Below are positions 8,687 to 19,008 of a DNA stretch of 64,000 nucleotides, in pieces. The stretch's first letter is position 1. Each line of letters starts with the position of its first letter. The notes beneath the pieces were generated by a model that was not told where the DNA came from, ran no database searches, and was given only the letters and a program-made list of their open reading frames with translations. This DNA is from an uncultured candidate division Zixibacteria bacterium. Lineage in GTDB: Bacteria; Zixibacteria; MSB-5A5; RBG-16-43-9. Position numbers and translations under genes: made by a program. The stretch lies in contig OY970208.1 in assembly GCA_963713865.1 (NCBI GenBank), positions 2,528,001 to 2,592,000 of the forward strand, read 5' to 3'.

Positions 8687-11041
8687 CTACTGGTTATTTT
8701 TTAAAACTTTTGGAGATGTGAAAAGTCGATCAATATCTTCCACAGTTAAGTCCAATTTGCTTATTAAATCTGGGTATGCCTTTAAAAAAGTCTCACAAAA
8801 CATATAAACAACTTTCTGCTCAAGGTAAATGGGATGACCGATATAGCTTGACTGAGTTAGTTCCTGGGTTAATTTCCTCTTTCTCGATTTCGGAGCAACA
8901 ATAACTAATCTTTTATCTAATCCAATGTGAGGTTCAACCTCCAAAAGAGAATGAAAACGTTCTAAGGCACTTAAAATAGATGTAGTTTCCTCAACCTCAA
9001 AGGCAAACATAGGGGTATTATCTCTGTAAAACCAGATACAATCTATTTGTTCAATCCTTTTTCCAAGTGCAGGATTTAGGTTTCTAAATGGTAGCTCCTT
9101 CAAATAACTTATCTCCTTAAAAACATTCTCACCTGAAATAATTCTTTCCTTTTTTCCTAAGTGGGGCAAAAATCCCAACTTCTTCCCTAAAACGAGTAGG
9201 CGATAAATCATCTGGTCATGAATTGAGCCTTTAGAAGTTGGAGCTTCCATCATCTCACCCTCTTTTAAATCAAACTCTTGTTGTATAACCAATTCATCCG
9301 GGCGTTTTAATTCCCATAATCTACCATTTCGGGAAACAGCTATTTCTCCTAAGACCTCTAAAATGTCTTTCTTAGGGGGAGGTTGATGACTATTAACTAA
9401 TAATTGAAGCATGGTGGTTACTATTCTATCAAAATCCGCTTTCTTCTCACGCCTTAAAAAGCTAATCATATAGTATCGAATACGGTCTTTTGCATTAATG
9501 TAGTCACCTATCTTTTTCTCATTGGCTTTTTTAATATGCCATCTGTCATCCGGACCAAGAAAGAATTCTTTTACCAAAAGGTCTGTAATATCACCCGTAG
9601 TTTTTAAAGCAACTTTGTCAATTAACTTAGCCTCAAAGAGCTCTGGTACAACCGCCCGCATAATTTCTTCTAAAGTTGCTCCTCCGCTTCTTACAATCTC
9701 TCTTTCAGCAGCATTCAAAATCACTTTAACTGCAGACATTGCTGGAGGTTCAAATGAAGGATACATCCCCTTGGATTTCCGAAAATTAATTATCAGTTGT
9801 TCGCCTAACACTCTGAGAGGATTTTTCTTTTTATGTATGGATGTGGTATGAGTAGGTTGAGATACTGTATTAACATATTCAAAACCAGCATTTTTAGCAC
9901 CATCTCTTATTGCATACCAAAGCCCAGCATCTTTATGATGAAAAACTAAAGATAGCCAAGCATCTTTCTTTAAGACCTTACACATTTCTTCCATTGATTG
10001 TTGTAGTAAGTTCAGATATTCTTCTTTCGTATGCTTTTGATCTCCACCCTCAATTACTTCTAAATCCTTATCTTTCTGGGTAACCTTAAAACCAAGCCAG
10101 GCATCCCACATAGTGGTTAAATCAAGATAGGCAATATGTGCTCCGTAAGGAGGATCTGTATATATGTAGTCAATAGATTTTTCTTTAACAAATTTAGATA
10201 AATTAGTGGTAGATTCAATGAAAGCTTTAAAAGTATCCCCCTCTCTGAAAAAATTACCGATATTCGTATTCGATCCTTCTTTTGCTTTCTTTACACAATA
10301 AAATCTATATTTGAATCTATCCCAAACATCCAGGACAATTCTTTTTTTTGGTTTCCAATATCGATATTGAGCAAAAACACTACTCCCTCCATCCCCTAAT
10401 TTATTCTCACCTCTGGTTGTACTGAGATTATAGGTCAGATTTGCTCTGGCAATTGTTCCAGAGAAAACTAATTTCATTAAATCTCTTATTACCTTGTCTT
10501 TAATACTATTTATCTCCTCCCATAGCTCTGCATATACTATTAACTGCCGTTTATCAAATAGGTGCTCAACCAATTCAAAATCTGAATTGGATGGTAGCAT
10601 TACTCCTTTTGGATACCAGCTTTTTATCTTATATTTTTCAATTTCTTTATCCCTTGTTTTTCTGGCAAATTCGACTTTCTCTCTCATCCTCTTTTCTAAT
10701 CTATTAAAAGCTATTGAAAATTTAGTTAAATCCACAGGAGCAGTACAGGTCTGCCTTGTCAAGAAAATTGCTAATGGTGCAATATCTACATTTATAGTTT
10801 TTCTCCTCAAAGTCAGTGATTCTATAGCAGTAACACCAGTTCCACAGAATGCATCCAGGACAATATCGCCTTTTTTTGAAAAATGTTCTATATAAGCTCT
10901 AACGATGTTAGCTGGTTGTTTAGTAAAATAAGGATGTATTTTGAAATGCCATTGTTTTGCTTTTTCCGGCGGTAATATAGGCTTTTCAATCGGTCTAAAT
11001 TCTTCCACTCTAACCTCTTTATAATTGCTTGAGTTCTTCAA
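8687..11041 (-). CDS. Amino-DNA methyltransferase fused to a putative C-terminal PD-(D/E)XK-like nuclease domain
   Basis: HPYFTKQP, DAFCGTG (motif I), YTDPPY (motif IV); C-terminal IDCIWF..FAFEVE; TTG start abuts the dxs stop. Confidence 0.75.
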   Translation of the reverse strand: MKNSSNYKEVRVEEFRPIEKPILPPEKAKQWHFKIHPYFTKQPANIVRAYIEHFSKKGDIVLDAFCGTGVTAIESLTLRRKTINVDIAPLAIFLTRQTCTAPVDLTKFSIAFNRLEKRMREKVEFARKTRDKEIEKYKIKSWYPKGVMLPSNSDFELVEHLFDKRQLIVYAELWEEINSIKDKVIRDLMKLVFSGTIARANLTYNLSTTRGENKLGDGGSSVFAQYRYWKPKKRIVLDVWDRFKYRFYCVKKAKEGSNTNIGNFFREGDTFKAFIESTTNLSKFVKEKSIDYIYTDPPYGAHIAYLDLTTMWDAWLGFKVTQKDKDLEVIEGGDQKHTKEEYLNLLQQSMEEMCKVLKKDAWLSLVFHHKDAGLWYAIRDGAKNAGFEYVNTVSQPTHTTSIHKKKNPLRVLGEQLIINFRKSKGMYPSFEPPAMSAVKVILNAAEREIVRSGGATLEEIMRAVVPELFEAKLIDKVALKTTGDITDLLVKEFFLGPDDRWHIKKANEKKIGDYINAKDRIRYYMISFLRREKKADFDRIVTTMLQLLVNSHQPPPKKDILEVLGEIAVSRNGRLWELKRPDELVIQQEFDLKEGEMMEAPTSKGSIHDQMIYRLLVLGKKLGFLPHLGKKERIISGENVFKEISYLKELPFRNLNPALGKRIEQIDCIWFYRDNTPMFAFEVEETTSILSALERFHSLLEVEPHIGLDKRLVIVAPKSRKRKLTQELTQSSYIGHPIYLEQKVVYMFCETFLKAYPDLISKLDLTVEDIDRLFTSPKVLKNNQ

Positions 11042-12950
11042 TCATAAAATATCCAACTGAGTCGAAGGGGTTTTTTCTTTTATCTTGATCATCTGTTTAA
11101 CTGCCTTAGCTATTCCTTCCTTATCCAGCCCCAATAGATTTAAAAGCTCTTTCCGGCTTCCGTGCTCGATAAACTTATCCGGGATCCCTAATCTTTTCAG
11201 GTCTATTTTCTGAATCCCTTTCTCAAAGATAAACTCAGCTATTGAACTACCGAAGCCACCGGAAAGAACGTTCTCCTCAATCGTCAGAACTTTATCAAAC
11301 CCTTTGAGAGAAGACAAAAGAAGCTTTTCATCTAAAGGTTTTATGATCCGGCAGTTGATAACTTCTGCTTCTATACCTTCCGTGGAAAGCTCGAAAGCCG
11401 CATCTATGGCGGGATAGACCATTGAGCCTACTGCTAAGATCAAAAGGTCCTTCCCTTTCCTCAGGATCTCCCATTTATCTAAAGGCAGGAGATTAAACTC
11501 CTGTTTGATCTCTTTATCTGGAATGGCAGTTCGCGGATAACGGATTGCAACTGGAGATTTCCCCCAGTTTACTGCGGTATATAACATATCTTTTAATTCA
11601 TTTCCATCCTTGGGTGCCATTACAACAATATTTGGTATCTGCCTTAAATAGGAAAGATCAAAGGCTCCATGATGAGTGGGCCCATCCTCACCTACTAAAC
11701 CAGCTCTATCAATGGCTAATATAACCGGAAGGTTCTGCAAAGCCATATCGTGGATCATCTGATCAAAAGCCCTCTGTAGAAAAGTGGAATAAACTGCAAA
11801 AACCGGCTTCAAGCCTGACACGGCTAAGCCGCAGGCAAATGTGGTCCCGTGCTGTTCTGCAATCCCTACATCGTAAAATCTCCTGGGAAATTTTAAAGAG
11901 AAATCCAGGAGTCCGGTGCCCCAAACACATAGCTGCGGTGATAACCACCAGCTCCTGGTCCATCTCTGCTAATTTAACCATGGTCTGACCAAAAATATCC
12001 GTATAAGCTTTTTTACCGACAGCATTCGATTTTCCGGTCACCTTGTCAAACTTACCTATCCCGTGAAATTTAGGAGCATCCTCCTCCGCGAATTTATATC
12101 CTTTCCCCTTTTGAGTCAAAATATGTAAAAGCTTAGGTCCCTTAAAATTCTTGAGATGTTCCAAGGTTTTTATAAGTTGATTTATATCGTGGCCATCTAT
12201 TGGACCAAAATACCTGAAACCTAATTTCTCGAAGATTATCCCCGGCACTAAGAACCCTTTTATACTTTCCTCTGCCTGGGCCACCATAGCCCTAATCTTA
12301 TCCCTTCTTTTAAACCTGCCCACCATCTCCCAGATCTCAGCTTTGAGCTTATTATATTTCTCATCTGTCAAAAGGTCTGTCAGGTATTTGGAAACAGCTC
12401 CAACATTTTTAGAGATGGACATGGCGTTATCATTCAAGACCACTAAAAGGTCTTTCCCCTGCGAACCTGTATTATTCAGTCCCTCAAAGGAGATCCCCCC
12501 GCTTAATGCTCCATCTCCAATAACCGCTATAATTCTATAATCTTCACCTTTCTGGTCACGGGCACAAGCCATCCCTAAAGCAGCGGAAATAGAAGTTGAT
12601 GCATGCCCGGCTCCAAAGGAGTCATATTCGCTTTCTATCCTTTTGGTGAATCCACTTATACCCTGATACTGCCTCAAGCTCTCGAATCTATCTTTCCTTC
12701 CAGTTAAAAGCTTATGGGTATAACATTGATGGCTCACGTCCCAGATGAGCTTGTCCCTGGGCAGATCGAAAACGTAATGCAGAGCCAAGGTTAGCTCCAC
12801 CACTCCCAAGTTTGAAGCCAAGTGCCCGCCGGTTTTGGATACTACAGTGATAATTTTTTCCCTGACCTCCTGGGCTAATTGAGGGAGCTTTTCCAGGGGG
12901 ATTTTTTTAAGATCAGCCGGTGAGTTAATTTTATCTAAAAGGCTTTCCAT
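11042..12950 (-). CDS. dxs: 1-deoxy-D-xylulose-5-phosphate synthase, +1 frameshift at ~11919-11922
   Basis: GGHLASNLG, GHASTSIS, GDGALSGG, GEDGPTHHG; removing one C of the C4 run restores MCLGTGLLDF..DVGIAEQH. Confidence 0.93.
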
Positions 12951-13052
12951 CTTTTATCCTATTGATATTACTTAAGATTTTCAAAAGAACTTTGAAAAAA
13001 CGTTGTACTTGACTATTCCATCGCTGATGGATACGATGATGAATTGGTATCC

Positions 13053-13106
13053 GTAGCGTTCTCACTCTTGTGAGGACGTTCGTTGCCACAGGAGTGGCAA
13101 CGCTAC
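13053..13106. repeat. Inverted REP doublet
   Basis: GTAGCGTTCTCACTCTTGTGAGGACG ... CGTTGCCACAGGAGTGGCAACGCTAC. Confidence 0.8.
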
Positions 13107-13123
13107 TTTAACCGTACTCCAAT

Positions 13124-14020
13124 CTACTCAATCCTTTCATAAATATAATCAGCCAACTTCTCAAAAATCCAGCTTTTCTGTCTTAATATTTTCAACTTTT
13201 CTTTAGACTGTTTTAAAAGATTCTTTGCTAAAATTTTTGATTTCTCTAATCCTACAACTTCAGGATAAGTTGCCTTTGAATTAGCTTTGTCCGAGCCCCT
13301 TTTCTTCCCGATCTCCTCCTCTTTGCCCACCACATCCAGGATATCATCCACAATCTGAAAAGCCAATCCAAATCTCTCCGCATAATAAGTAAGAGCCAGA
13401 AGAGTCTTTTTATCTGACCCTCCCAGGATCGCCCCTGCCCTGATAGATGCCCTTAATAGTTTTCCGGTCTTATGAGTATGGATGTATTCCACTTGTTTTA
13501 AAGAGACTTTCTTACCTTCAGCTTCCAAGTCTTTAACTTGTCCACCGATCATCCCCTCTGTCCCTATAGCTTTAGCCACTTCTAAGACTACTTGAGGATT
13601 CCCCGCTTTCAGTAAAAGCTCAAAGGCTAAAGCATGCAAAGCATCCCCGGCTAAGACCGCCATCCCCTCACCATAGACTTTATGCAGGGTAGGTTTCCCC
13701 CTTCTCAGATCATCATTATCCATACATGGCAGATCATCGTGGATTAAGGAATAAGTATGGATCATTTCTAAGGCACAAGCAACCGGAAGAATTTTTTTAC
13801 CCTTCCCACCAACTGATTCATAAGAGGCAATGGCTAAAATTGGACGCAGCCTTTTCCCTCCAGCGAAAACCGAATAGCGCATCGCCTTATGCAAGCTTTT
13901 GGGCTCAACCTTTTCCTCCGGAAGAAAACTATCCAGCGCCCGTTCTATGATAGCTCTTTTCTTTTGCAGATATTCTTTGAAATCCTCTTTTCTATTTATT
14001 TCCACCATCTCTCTTTTCAT
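13124..14020 (-). CDS. ispA: Polyprenyl (farnesyl) diphosphate synthase
   Basis: GGKRLRP, LIHDDLPCMD..RRG, KTG, FQIVDDILD. Confidence 0.93.
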   Translation of the reverse strand: MKREMVEINRKEDFKEYLQKKRAIIERALDSFLPEEKVEPKSLHKAMRYSVFAGGKRLRPILAIASYESVGGKGKKILPVACALEMIHTYSLIHDDLPCMDNDDLRRGKPTLHKVYGEGMAVLAGDALHALAFELLLKAGNPQVVLEVAKAIGTEGMIGGQVKDLEAEGKKVSLKQVEYIHTHKTGKLLRASIRAGAILGGSDKKTLLALTYYAERFGLAFQIVDDILDVVGKEEEIGKKRGSDKANSKATYPEVVGLEKSKILAKNLLKQSKEKLKILRQKSWIFEKLADYIYERIE

Positions 14021-14028
14021 ATCTTTAA

Positions 14029-14068
14029 TCTTACGTCTTACATCTTACGCTTCACTTCTTGCTCCTTA
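14029..14068. repeat. Degenerate heptamer tandem repeat
   Basis: tcttacg/tcttaca/tcttacg/cttcact/tcttgct. Confidence 0.65.
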
Positions 14069-14314
14069 CTCCTCCTCTTCTTCTTTTTCCTCTGCTTCCA
14101 GGGGCTCCGTTTTGAACTCTTTCTCACCTGACTTAATCAATTTCTCAACTTTACTCTCCGCTTCAGAGAGTTTCTTGGTACATAGGCGGGAAAGTTCAAT
14201 CCCTTCCTCGAAAAGTTTAAGAGACTCATCCAGAGACAACTCCCCCATCTCCAGTCTCTGAACGATCTCCTCTAATCTTTTCAATGCGCTCTCAAAGCTA
14301 TTTTTCTTTGACAT
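14066..14314 (-). CDS. xseB: Exodeoxyribonuclease VII small subunit
   Basis: [25 protein letters not shown]. Confidence 0.95.
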   Translation of the reverse strand: MSKKNSFESALKRLEEIVQRLEMGELSLDESLKLFEEGIELSRLCTKKLSEAESKVEKLIKSGEKEFKTEPLEAEEKEEEEE

Positions 14315-14470
14315 AACAGTTTAATATATATGGAAGATATTTACTTGCAAATAGTTTTATTGTTAATTAACCCACCTTGGGGGCAAGGTGGGATTACCAA
14401 CAAAGTCACATATCTCGTATACTCACAGCTTGCCCGTATTGGTTGTCCTGAACGTGGATATTCACGTTAA

Positions 14471-15670
14471 TTATTCTTCTATTTTCTTGACTTCTGCCTC
14501 TATCTTTCCTTTAAAGAATTTTATCTCGACTCGATTTTTTAACTGTAGAGTTTCCGCATCTCTTATGATCTCCATCCCTGGTAGCTTTCTGGTCAGGGAA
14601 AACCCTCTTTCCAAAACTGCCAGAGGGGAAAGGGCATTTAATTTTCCCAGGATTAAAGATAAACTTTTCTTTTTGAATTCAAAATAGTTTTTTATCTCCT
14701 TTAAAAGTCCTTTCAAAAGCTCGTCTGCTCTTTGAGCCTTCTGGGAAATTAAATCAACCGTTTTTTTAAACCCATAGCTTTCCTTAGCTAAGATTATTCT
14801 GGACTTATAATCATCTATTATGAACCTCTGGGTTGTGATCAAGGTTTTGAACAAATTTTTTACCTCACTTATAACTTCAGCTCTGTTTTTAACTGCCAGC
14901 TCAGCTGCAGCTGATGGTGTAGGGGCTCTTAAATCAGCTACGAAATCTGCAATGGTAAAATCCACCTCATGACCGACTGCGGAGATGATAGGAATTTTAG
15001 AATTGTAAATTGCCCGGGCAACGATTTCCTCATTGAAAGCCCACAAATCCTCCAGTGAGCCGCCGCCTCTTCCCACAATTAAAAGATCAGCCTTTTTATA
15101 TTCATTGAAATCCTTAATCGCCTGTGAAATTTCATCTGCCGCACCTTCACCCTGAACCCTGACCGGATACAAGATAATTTTCACACCGGGTGCTCTGCGG
15201 TGAATGATTTTTATAATATCCCGGATAGCCGCACCAGTTGGCGAGGTAACAACTCCAATTATCTCAGGATATTCCGGGATTGGTTTTTTATGATCCTCAT
15301 CGAATAAACCTTCGTTATATAATTTTTCCTTCAACTGTTGAAAGGCTAATTCAAGCTCTCCAATCCCGACTGGATGAAGCCGGATAACATTCAGTTGATA
15401 TTGACCGCTTTTCTCATAGACCGTTATACTCCCTAAGGCGAAAACCTTCATCCCATCCTGCGGCTCAAAGACAAGCCTTTTCCCCTCCCAGCGAAAAAGG
15501 ACACACCTGATCTGAGCATTTTCATCTTTCAGGGAGAAATATCTGTGACCGGAAGAATGCAGAGTATAATTGGAGATTTCCCCTTCTACCCACAGGATAG
15601 GAAAACTCTGTTCCATGAGATTTTTAATCTCCCTGGTTATCTCCGAGACTTTGTAGATTTTAGCCTGCAT
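14471..15670 (-). CDS. xseA: Exodeoxyribonuclease VII large subunit
   Basis: VEGEISN..SGHRYFSLKD, RGGGSLEDLWAFN, GHEVDFT, RAPTPSAAA; start reset to ATG 15670 because the ORF extension is repeat DNA. Confidence 0.95.
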   Translation of the reverse strand: MQAKIYKVSEITREIKNLMEQSFPILWVEGEISNYTLHSSGHRYFSLKDENAQIRCVLFRWEGKRLVFEPQDGMKVFALGSITVYEKSGQYQLNVIRLHPVGIGELELAFQQLKEKLYNEGLFDEDHKKPIPEYPEIIGVVTSPTGAAIRDIIKIIHRRAPGVKIILYPVRVQGEGAADEISQAIKDFNEYKKADLLIVGRGGGSLEDLWAFNEEIVARAIYNSKIPIISAVGHEVDFTIADFVADLRAPTPSAAAELAVKNRAEVISEVKNLFKTLITTQRFIIDDYKSRIILAKESYGFKKTVDLISQKAQRADELLKGLLKEIKNYFEFKKKSLSLILGKLNALSPLAVLERGFSLTRKLPGMEIIRDAETLQLKNRVEIKFFKGKIEAEVKKIEE

Positions 15671-15695
15671 ATATTTGATTTTCGTAGTGCTTTTC

Positions 15696-15760
15696 GTAGT
15701 GCGACCCTTTTCCTGATAACGGAGACTACGTCTGGCGTAGCCACCGTAGGACAGGGTCGC
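15696..15760. repeat. REP interrupted by a 41-nt hairpin insert
   Basis: Deleting 15711-15751 gives GTAGTGCGACCCTTTCAGGGTCGC, identical to the reverse complement of 27059-27082. Confidence 0.85.
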
Positions 15761-15763
15761 TTT

Positions 15764-15903
15764 TGTCATTCTGAGTCCCGCTTTTAGCGGGACGAAGAAT
15801 CTATAGATTCTTCAGTCGCCTCGCCAAATGCGGACTCCTTCAGAATGACAGATAATACAATCCGCTTTAAAAATCAGCTTAATCCGCTCCATCAGCTGTG
15901 AAT
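15764..15903. repeat. ~135-bp direct repeat, copy A (GTCATTCTGA palindrome doublet plus tail)
   Basis: Aligns with 17277-17407; first 39 nt identical. Confidence 0.9.
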
Positions 15904-15907
15904 ATAT

Positions 15908-17173
15908 TTACTCCACCAACCTTTTAAAATCCTCATCCTCCCACAGATTCTTGAAAGACTCATCCTTTTTTGCTTTTTTCTTATATTTAGGGTCAAGCTC
16001 AATAGCTTTCTTGAGATTTTCTAATGCTTCTTTTTTCTTATTTTGTAAGGAATAAACACAAGCTATACTATACCAAACACTTCCATCATTCGGCTCTATA
16101 TCTAATGCCTCCTTACACTTCTCTATCGCCTTCTCGTATGTACCTAATCGACATAAAGCTACACCCCAACTAAAATAAGCCTTTGCATAATCCTGCCTTA
16201 GTGTTATAGCCTTCTTAAACTTTTCTATAGCATCCTTATCACTGCCTAAGTCTCCTAAAGCTAAGCCCCAGTTTAAATGAGCTTCTGGCATATCTGGTTT
16301 CAGTTCCACTGCTTTCTTTAACTTATCTATAGCTTCCTTAGGCTTACCTAAGTCTCTTAAAGCTAATCCCCAGTTATTATAAGAACCTGCATCATCACAT
16401 TTGAACTCTATCGCCTTTTTATATTTTTCAATTGCATCCTCAAACCTACCTAACTTTCCTAATACAACACCCCAACTGAAATAGGCAGTGTAGTCATTAG
16501 GATTTAGCTTTATAACTTTTTTGAGTTCACCTATAGACTCATCATATTTTTTCTCAATATAATAGTTATAAGCCATCGTGTAATAAACCTCTTCATCAAA
16601 AATCTTATTCATTATTCTTTCATAATCTTCTATCGCTGTTTTGGAATCCTTTTTTACCAACCCAGAAACATCTTTTGAAAAATCAGGAGGAATATCTTTT
16701 TGTTGTTCCTTGATAATCTCCTTGAATTTTTTTATTTCGGCAACCTCCCTTTCTGCAACTTGTCGGCTTCCTTTTAACTCTTCACATATTTCTTTAATAT
16801 CTTTCTTATATTCCTTTACTCTTTCTAAATCTTCTTCAAAACCTCTTTTAAGTTCTGCTTTTGTTTCCTTATAGTCTGCTTTTATTTCCCTAATTCTCAG
16901 AACTCCAAAAATACCTACTGCTATAGCAATTAAAGTCACAAGGATAATCACTAAAGTTGAAATAAAGATGCTCTTGTTTGCTCCTTCAATCGCCTTTTCA
17001 TAACTTTCTTTTTTGACTTCCTCAAATCCCATTTTAAGAGTATCATTCTGAGCTTTCAGTTTCAAAATCTCTTGAGCAACCTGAGAAGTATCCTTAGAAA
17101 TAGTTTGAGCACTAACCGAAACCGAGGATAAAAGAATTAAACTCAAGACCCAGATAAAAATAATTTTTTTCAT
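15908..17173 (-). CDS. Membrane-anchored coiled-coil/TPR-repeat protein
   Basis: Signal peptide, TM helix, coiled coil, about six TPRs (AYFSWGVVLGKLG..EDAI..YKKAI). Confidence 0.88.
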   Translation of the reverse strand: MKKIIFIWVLSLILLSSVSVSAQTISKDTSQVAQEILKLKAQNDTLKMGFEEVKKESYEKAIEGANKSIFISTLVIILVTLIAIAVGIFGVLRIREIKADYKETKAELKRGFEEDLERVKEYKKDIKEICEELKGSRQVAEREVAEIKKFKEIIKEQQKDIPPDFSKDVSGLVKKDSKTAIEDYERIMNKIFDEEVYYTMAYNYYIEKKYDESIGELKKVIKLNPNDYTAYFSWGVVLGKLGRFEDAIEKYKKAIEFKCDDAGSYNNWGLALRDLGKPKEAIDKLKKAVELKPDMPEAHLNWGLALGDLGSDKDAIEKFKKAITLRQDYAKAYFSWGVALCRLGTYEKAIEKCKEALDIEPNDGSVWYSIACVYSLQNKKKEALENLKKAIELDPKYKKKAKKDESFKNLWEDEDFKRLVE

Positions 17174-17276
17174 AAGCCCTTTTTAGTTAGAGTTTTTAGT
17201 TATCATTTACGTGGCAGTTAGGTTCCCTGACCTGACTGCATTTTTACCCTTTCTTTTCCACTACATTCTACTCTCC

Positions 17277-17407
17277 TGTCATTCTGAGTCCCGCTTTTAG
17301 CGGGACGAAGAATCTGTACAGATTCTTCAGTCGCTACGCTCCTTCAGAATGACAGATAATACAATCCGTTTCAAAAATCAGCTTCTTCCATTCTATCAGC
17401 TGTGAAT
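17277..17407. repeat. ~135-bp direct repeat, copy B
   Basis: Aligns with 15764-15903. Confidence 0.9.
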
Positions 17408-17542
17408 TCATTCATCTCCCCTATCCTTATAAATCAGGAAACTACAAAATTTTATAACCAGTTGAAATAAATAATATGCACCAGCAGAAGAATTGTCAAT
17501 CAATATAATCAAAAAAGAAATGACGGATGACGGATAAAAAAA

Positions 17543-17763
17543 TGCAGGGGCTGGGTTACCCAAGCCCTGCATTACGTCATTGCGAGGAGGTCAGCCTTTG
17601 GCGGACGACGAAGTCCCGCTTAAAGCGGGACTTCGTCCCTTACGGGGACTCGCAAAGACAATCACAAGTAGAAATTAATCCGGTAAACCCATCTTGCCCT
17701 CAAGATGGTTTATTCTTACTGATTACAGATTCTTCCCCCGCCAACGGCGGGGTCAGAATGACA
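17543..17763. repeat. Cluster of nested palindromes (GTCATTGCGAG and AGATTCTTC..CAGAATGAC types)
   Basis: gacgaagtcccgcttaaagcgggacttcgtc; ccatcttgccctcaagatgg; ccccgccaacggcgggg. Confidence 0.8.
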
Positions 17764-17776
17764 ATTAAGTGATCCT

Positions 17777-18952
17777 CTACACTACCTCTAAGATCGCGCA
17801 TTTCAGATATTCCGTCTCCGGCATAGACAAAAGGATCGGATGGTCCTTTGCCTGGGTGCGAAATTCGATCAGGCGAAGATTTTTATGGGCATCTTTCGCG
17901 GATGATTTAATCATCTCCATAAAAAGATCCCTGGATAGATTATGAGAACAGGAACAGGTAATCAAAACACCCCCTTTATCCAAAAGCTTCAAAGCCTGAA
18001 GATTAATCTCCTTATAACCTTTTAATCCTTCAACTAGTTTACTTTTGCTTTTCACAAAAGCAGGAGGGTCAAGGATAACCATATCGAATTTTTCACCCTT
18101 TTGAACCAGCCCTCTTAAGATTTCAAATGCATCCCCCTTCACAAAAGTGCAGAGCTTTTCCACTTCATTCAGTTTCGCATTTTTCTGAGCAAGCTCTAAA
18201 CTTTTACCTGAACTATCAACTCCCAAAACCCCCTTTGCTCCATTCCTGGCTGAAGCTATACCCCAGGCGCCAGTGTAGCAGAAACAGTCCAAGACCTTTT
18301 TATTTTTAGCATAGATAGCCCCAAGTAGTCTATTTTCCTTCTGGTCAAAGAAAAAACCGGTCTTCTGTCCCTCTTTCAAATCTACAAAATATTTCAACCC
18401 GAACTCCTCGATCAGGGCAGGATTCTCAATGTCCCCTTTCAAAATCTTCACGCCCTGAACCAGTCCCTCTAATTCCCGGAAGGAGGTATCGTTTCGTAAA
18501 ACTATCCGTGCGGGAGAGAATAAATTTTCACAAGCTTGAATCAAGTCCTGCCCAAATCTTTCCATCCCTGAGGTTAAAATCTGCAGGACTAAATTTTTCT
18601 CATATTTATCTATGACCAATCCAGGGAGAAAATCACCTTCAGAATAGACCACCCGGTAAGAGGAAAGCTGGGGATAAATCCTCTGCCTGTATTTCAAAGC
18701 CTGTTCCATCCGTTTGAAAAAGAAACCCTGGTCTATTGTTTCATCTTTATCGCAGCTCAGAACTCTTACCGCAATCAAAGAATGGCGATTATAATAACCT
18801 TTGGCTAAAAAATTCCCCTTGAAATCCTCAAGCTCTACTATCTCCCCTTCCCCTTTTGCCTCTGAAGACTCATCTATCTCATTGGAGAAGATCCACAGAT
18901 GCCCCTCTTTAATTCTTTTGTCCTCATTCTTTTTTAATCTAATCTTGTCCAA
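17777..18952 (-). CDS. rlmI: RlmI-family class I SAM-dependent rRNA methyltransferase
   Basis: GHLWIFSNE PUA domain, SEGDFLPGL, GQKTGFFFDQ, LDPPAF, YLK. Confidence 0.85.
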   Translation of the reverse strand: MDKIRLKKNEDKRIKEGHLWIFSNEIDESSEAKGEGEIVELEDFKGNFLAKGYYNRHSLIAVRVLSCDKDETIDQGFFFKRMEQALKYRQRIYPQLSSYRVVYSEGDFLPGLVIDKYEKNLVLQILTSGMERFGQDLIQACENLFSPARIVLRNDTSFRELEGLVQGVKILKGDIENPALIEEFGLKYFVDLKEGQKTGFFFDQKENRLLGAIYAKNKKVLDCFCYTGAWGIASARNGAKGVLGVDSSGKSLELAQKNAKLNEVEKLCTFVKGDAFEILRGLVQKGEKFDMVILDPPAFVKSKSKLVEGLKGYKEINLQALKLLDKGGVLITCSCSHNLSRDLFMEMIKSSAKDAHKNLRLIEFRTQAKDHPILLSMPETEYLKCAILEVV

Positions 18953-18979
18953 AATATTTTCCTTATATTCTTTGTCTTT

Positions 18980-19007
18980 GTAGGGACAGAATATTATTCT
19001 GTCCTAC
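18980..19007. repeat. 28-nt GTAG...CTAC palindrome
   Basis: GTAGGGACAGAATATTATTCTGTCCTAC. Confidence 0.8.
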
Positions 19008-19008
19008 C

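Noticed and set aside
11763-11925. Programmed frameshifting in dxs, ftsA or rplU
   Set aside because: No slippery heptamer or stimulatory structure is evident; the shared homopolymer pattern points to sequencing error.
17527-17772. 81-aa ORF, and similar ORFs at 52242-52526, 61859-62131 and 5989-6219
   Set aside because: They are translations of palindromic repeats or tRNA genes, or overlap real genes on the opposite strand.
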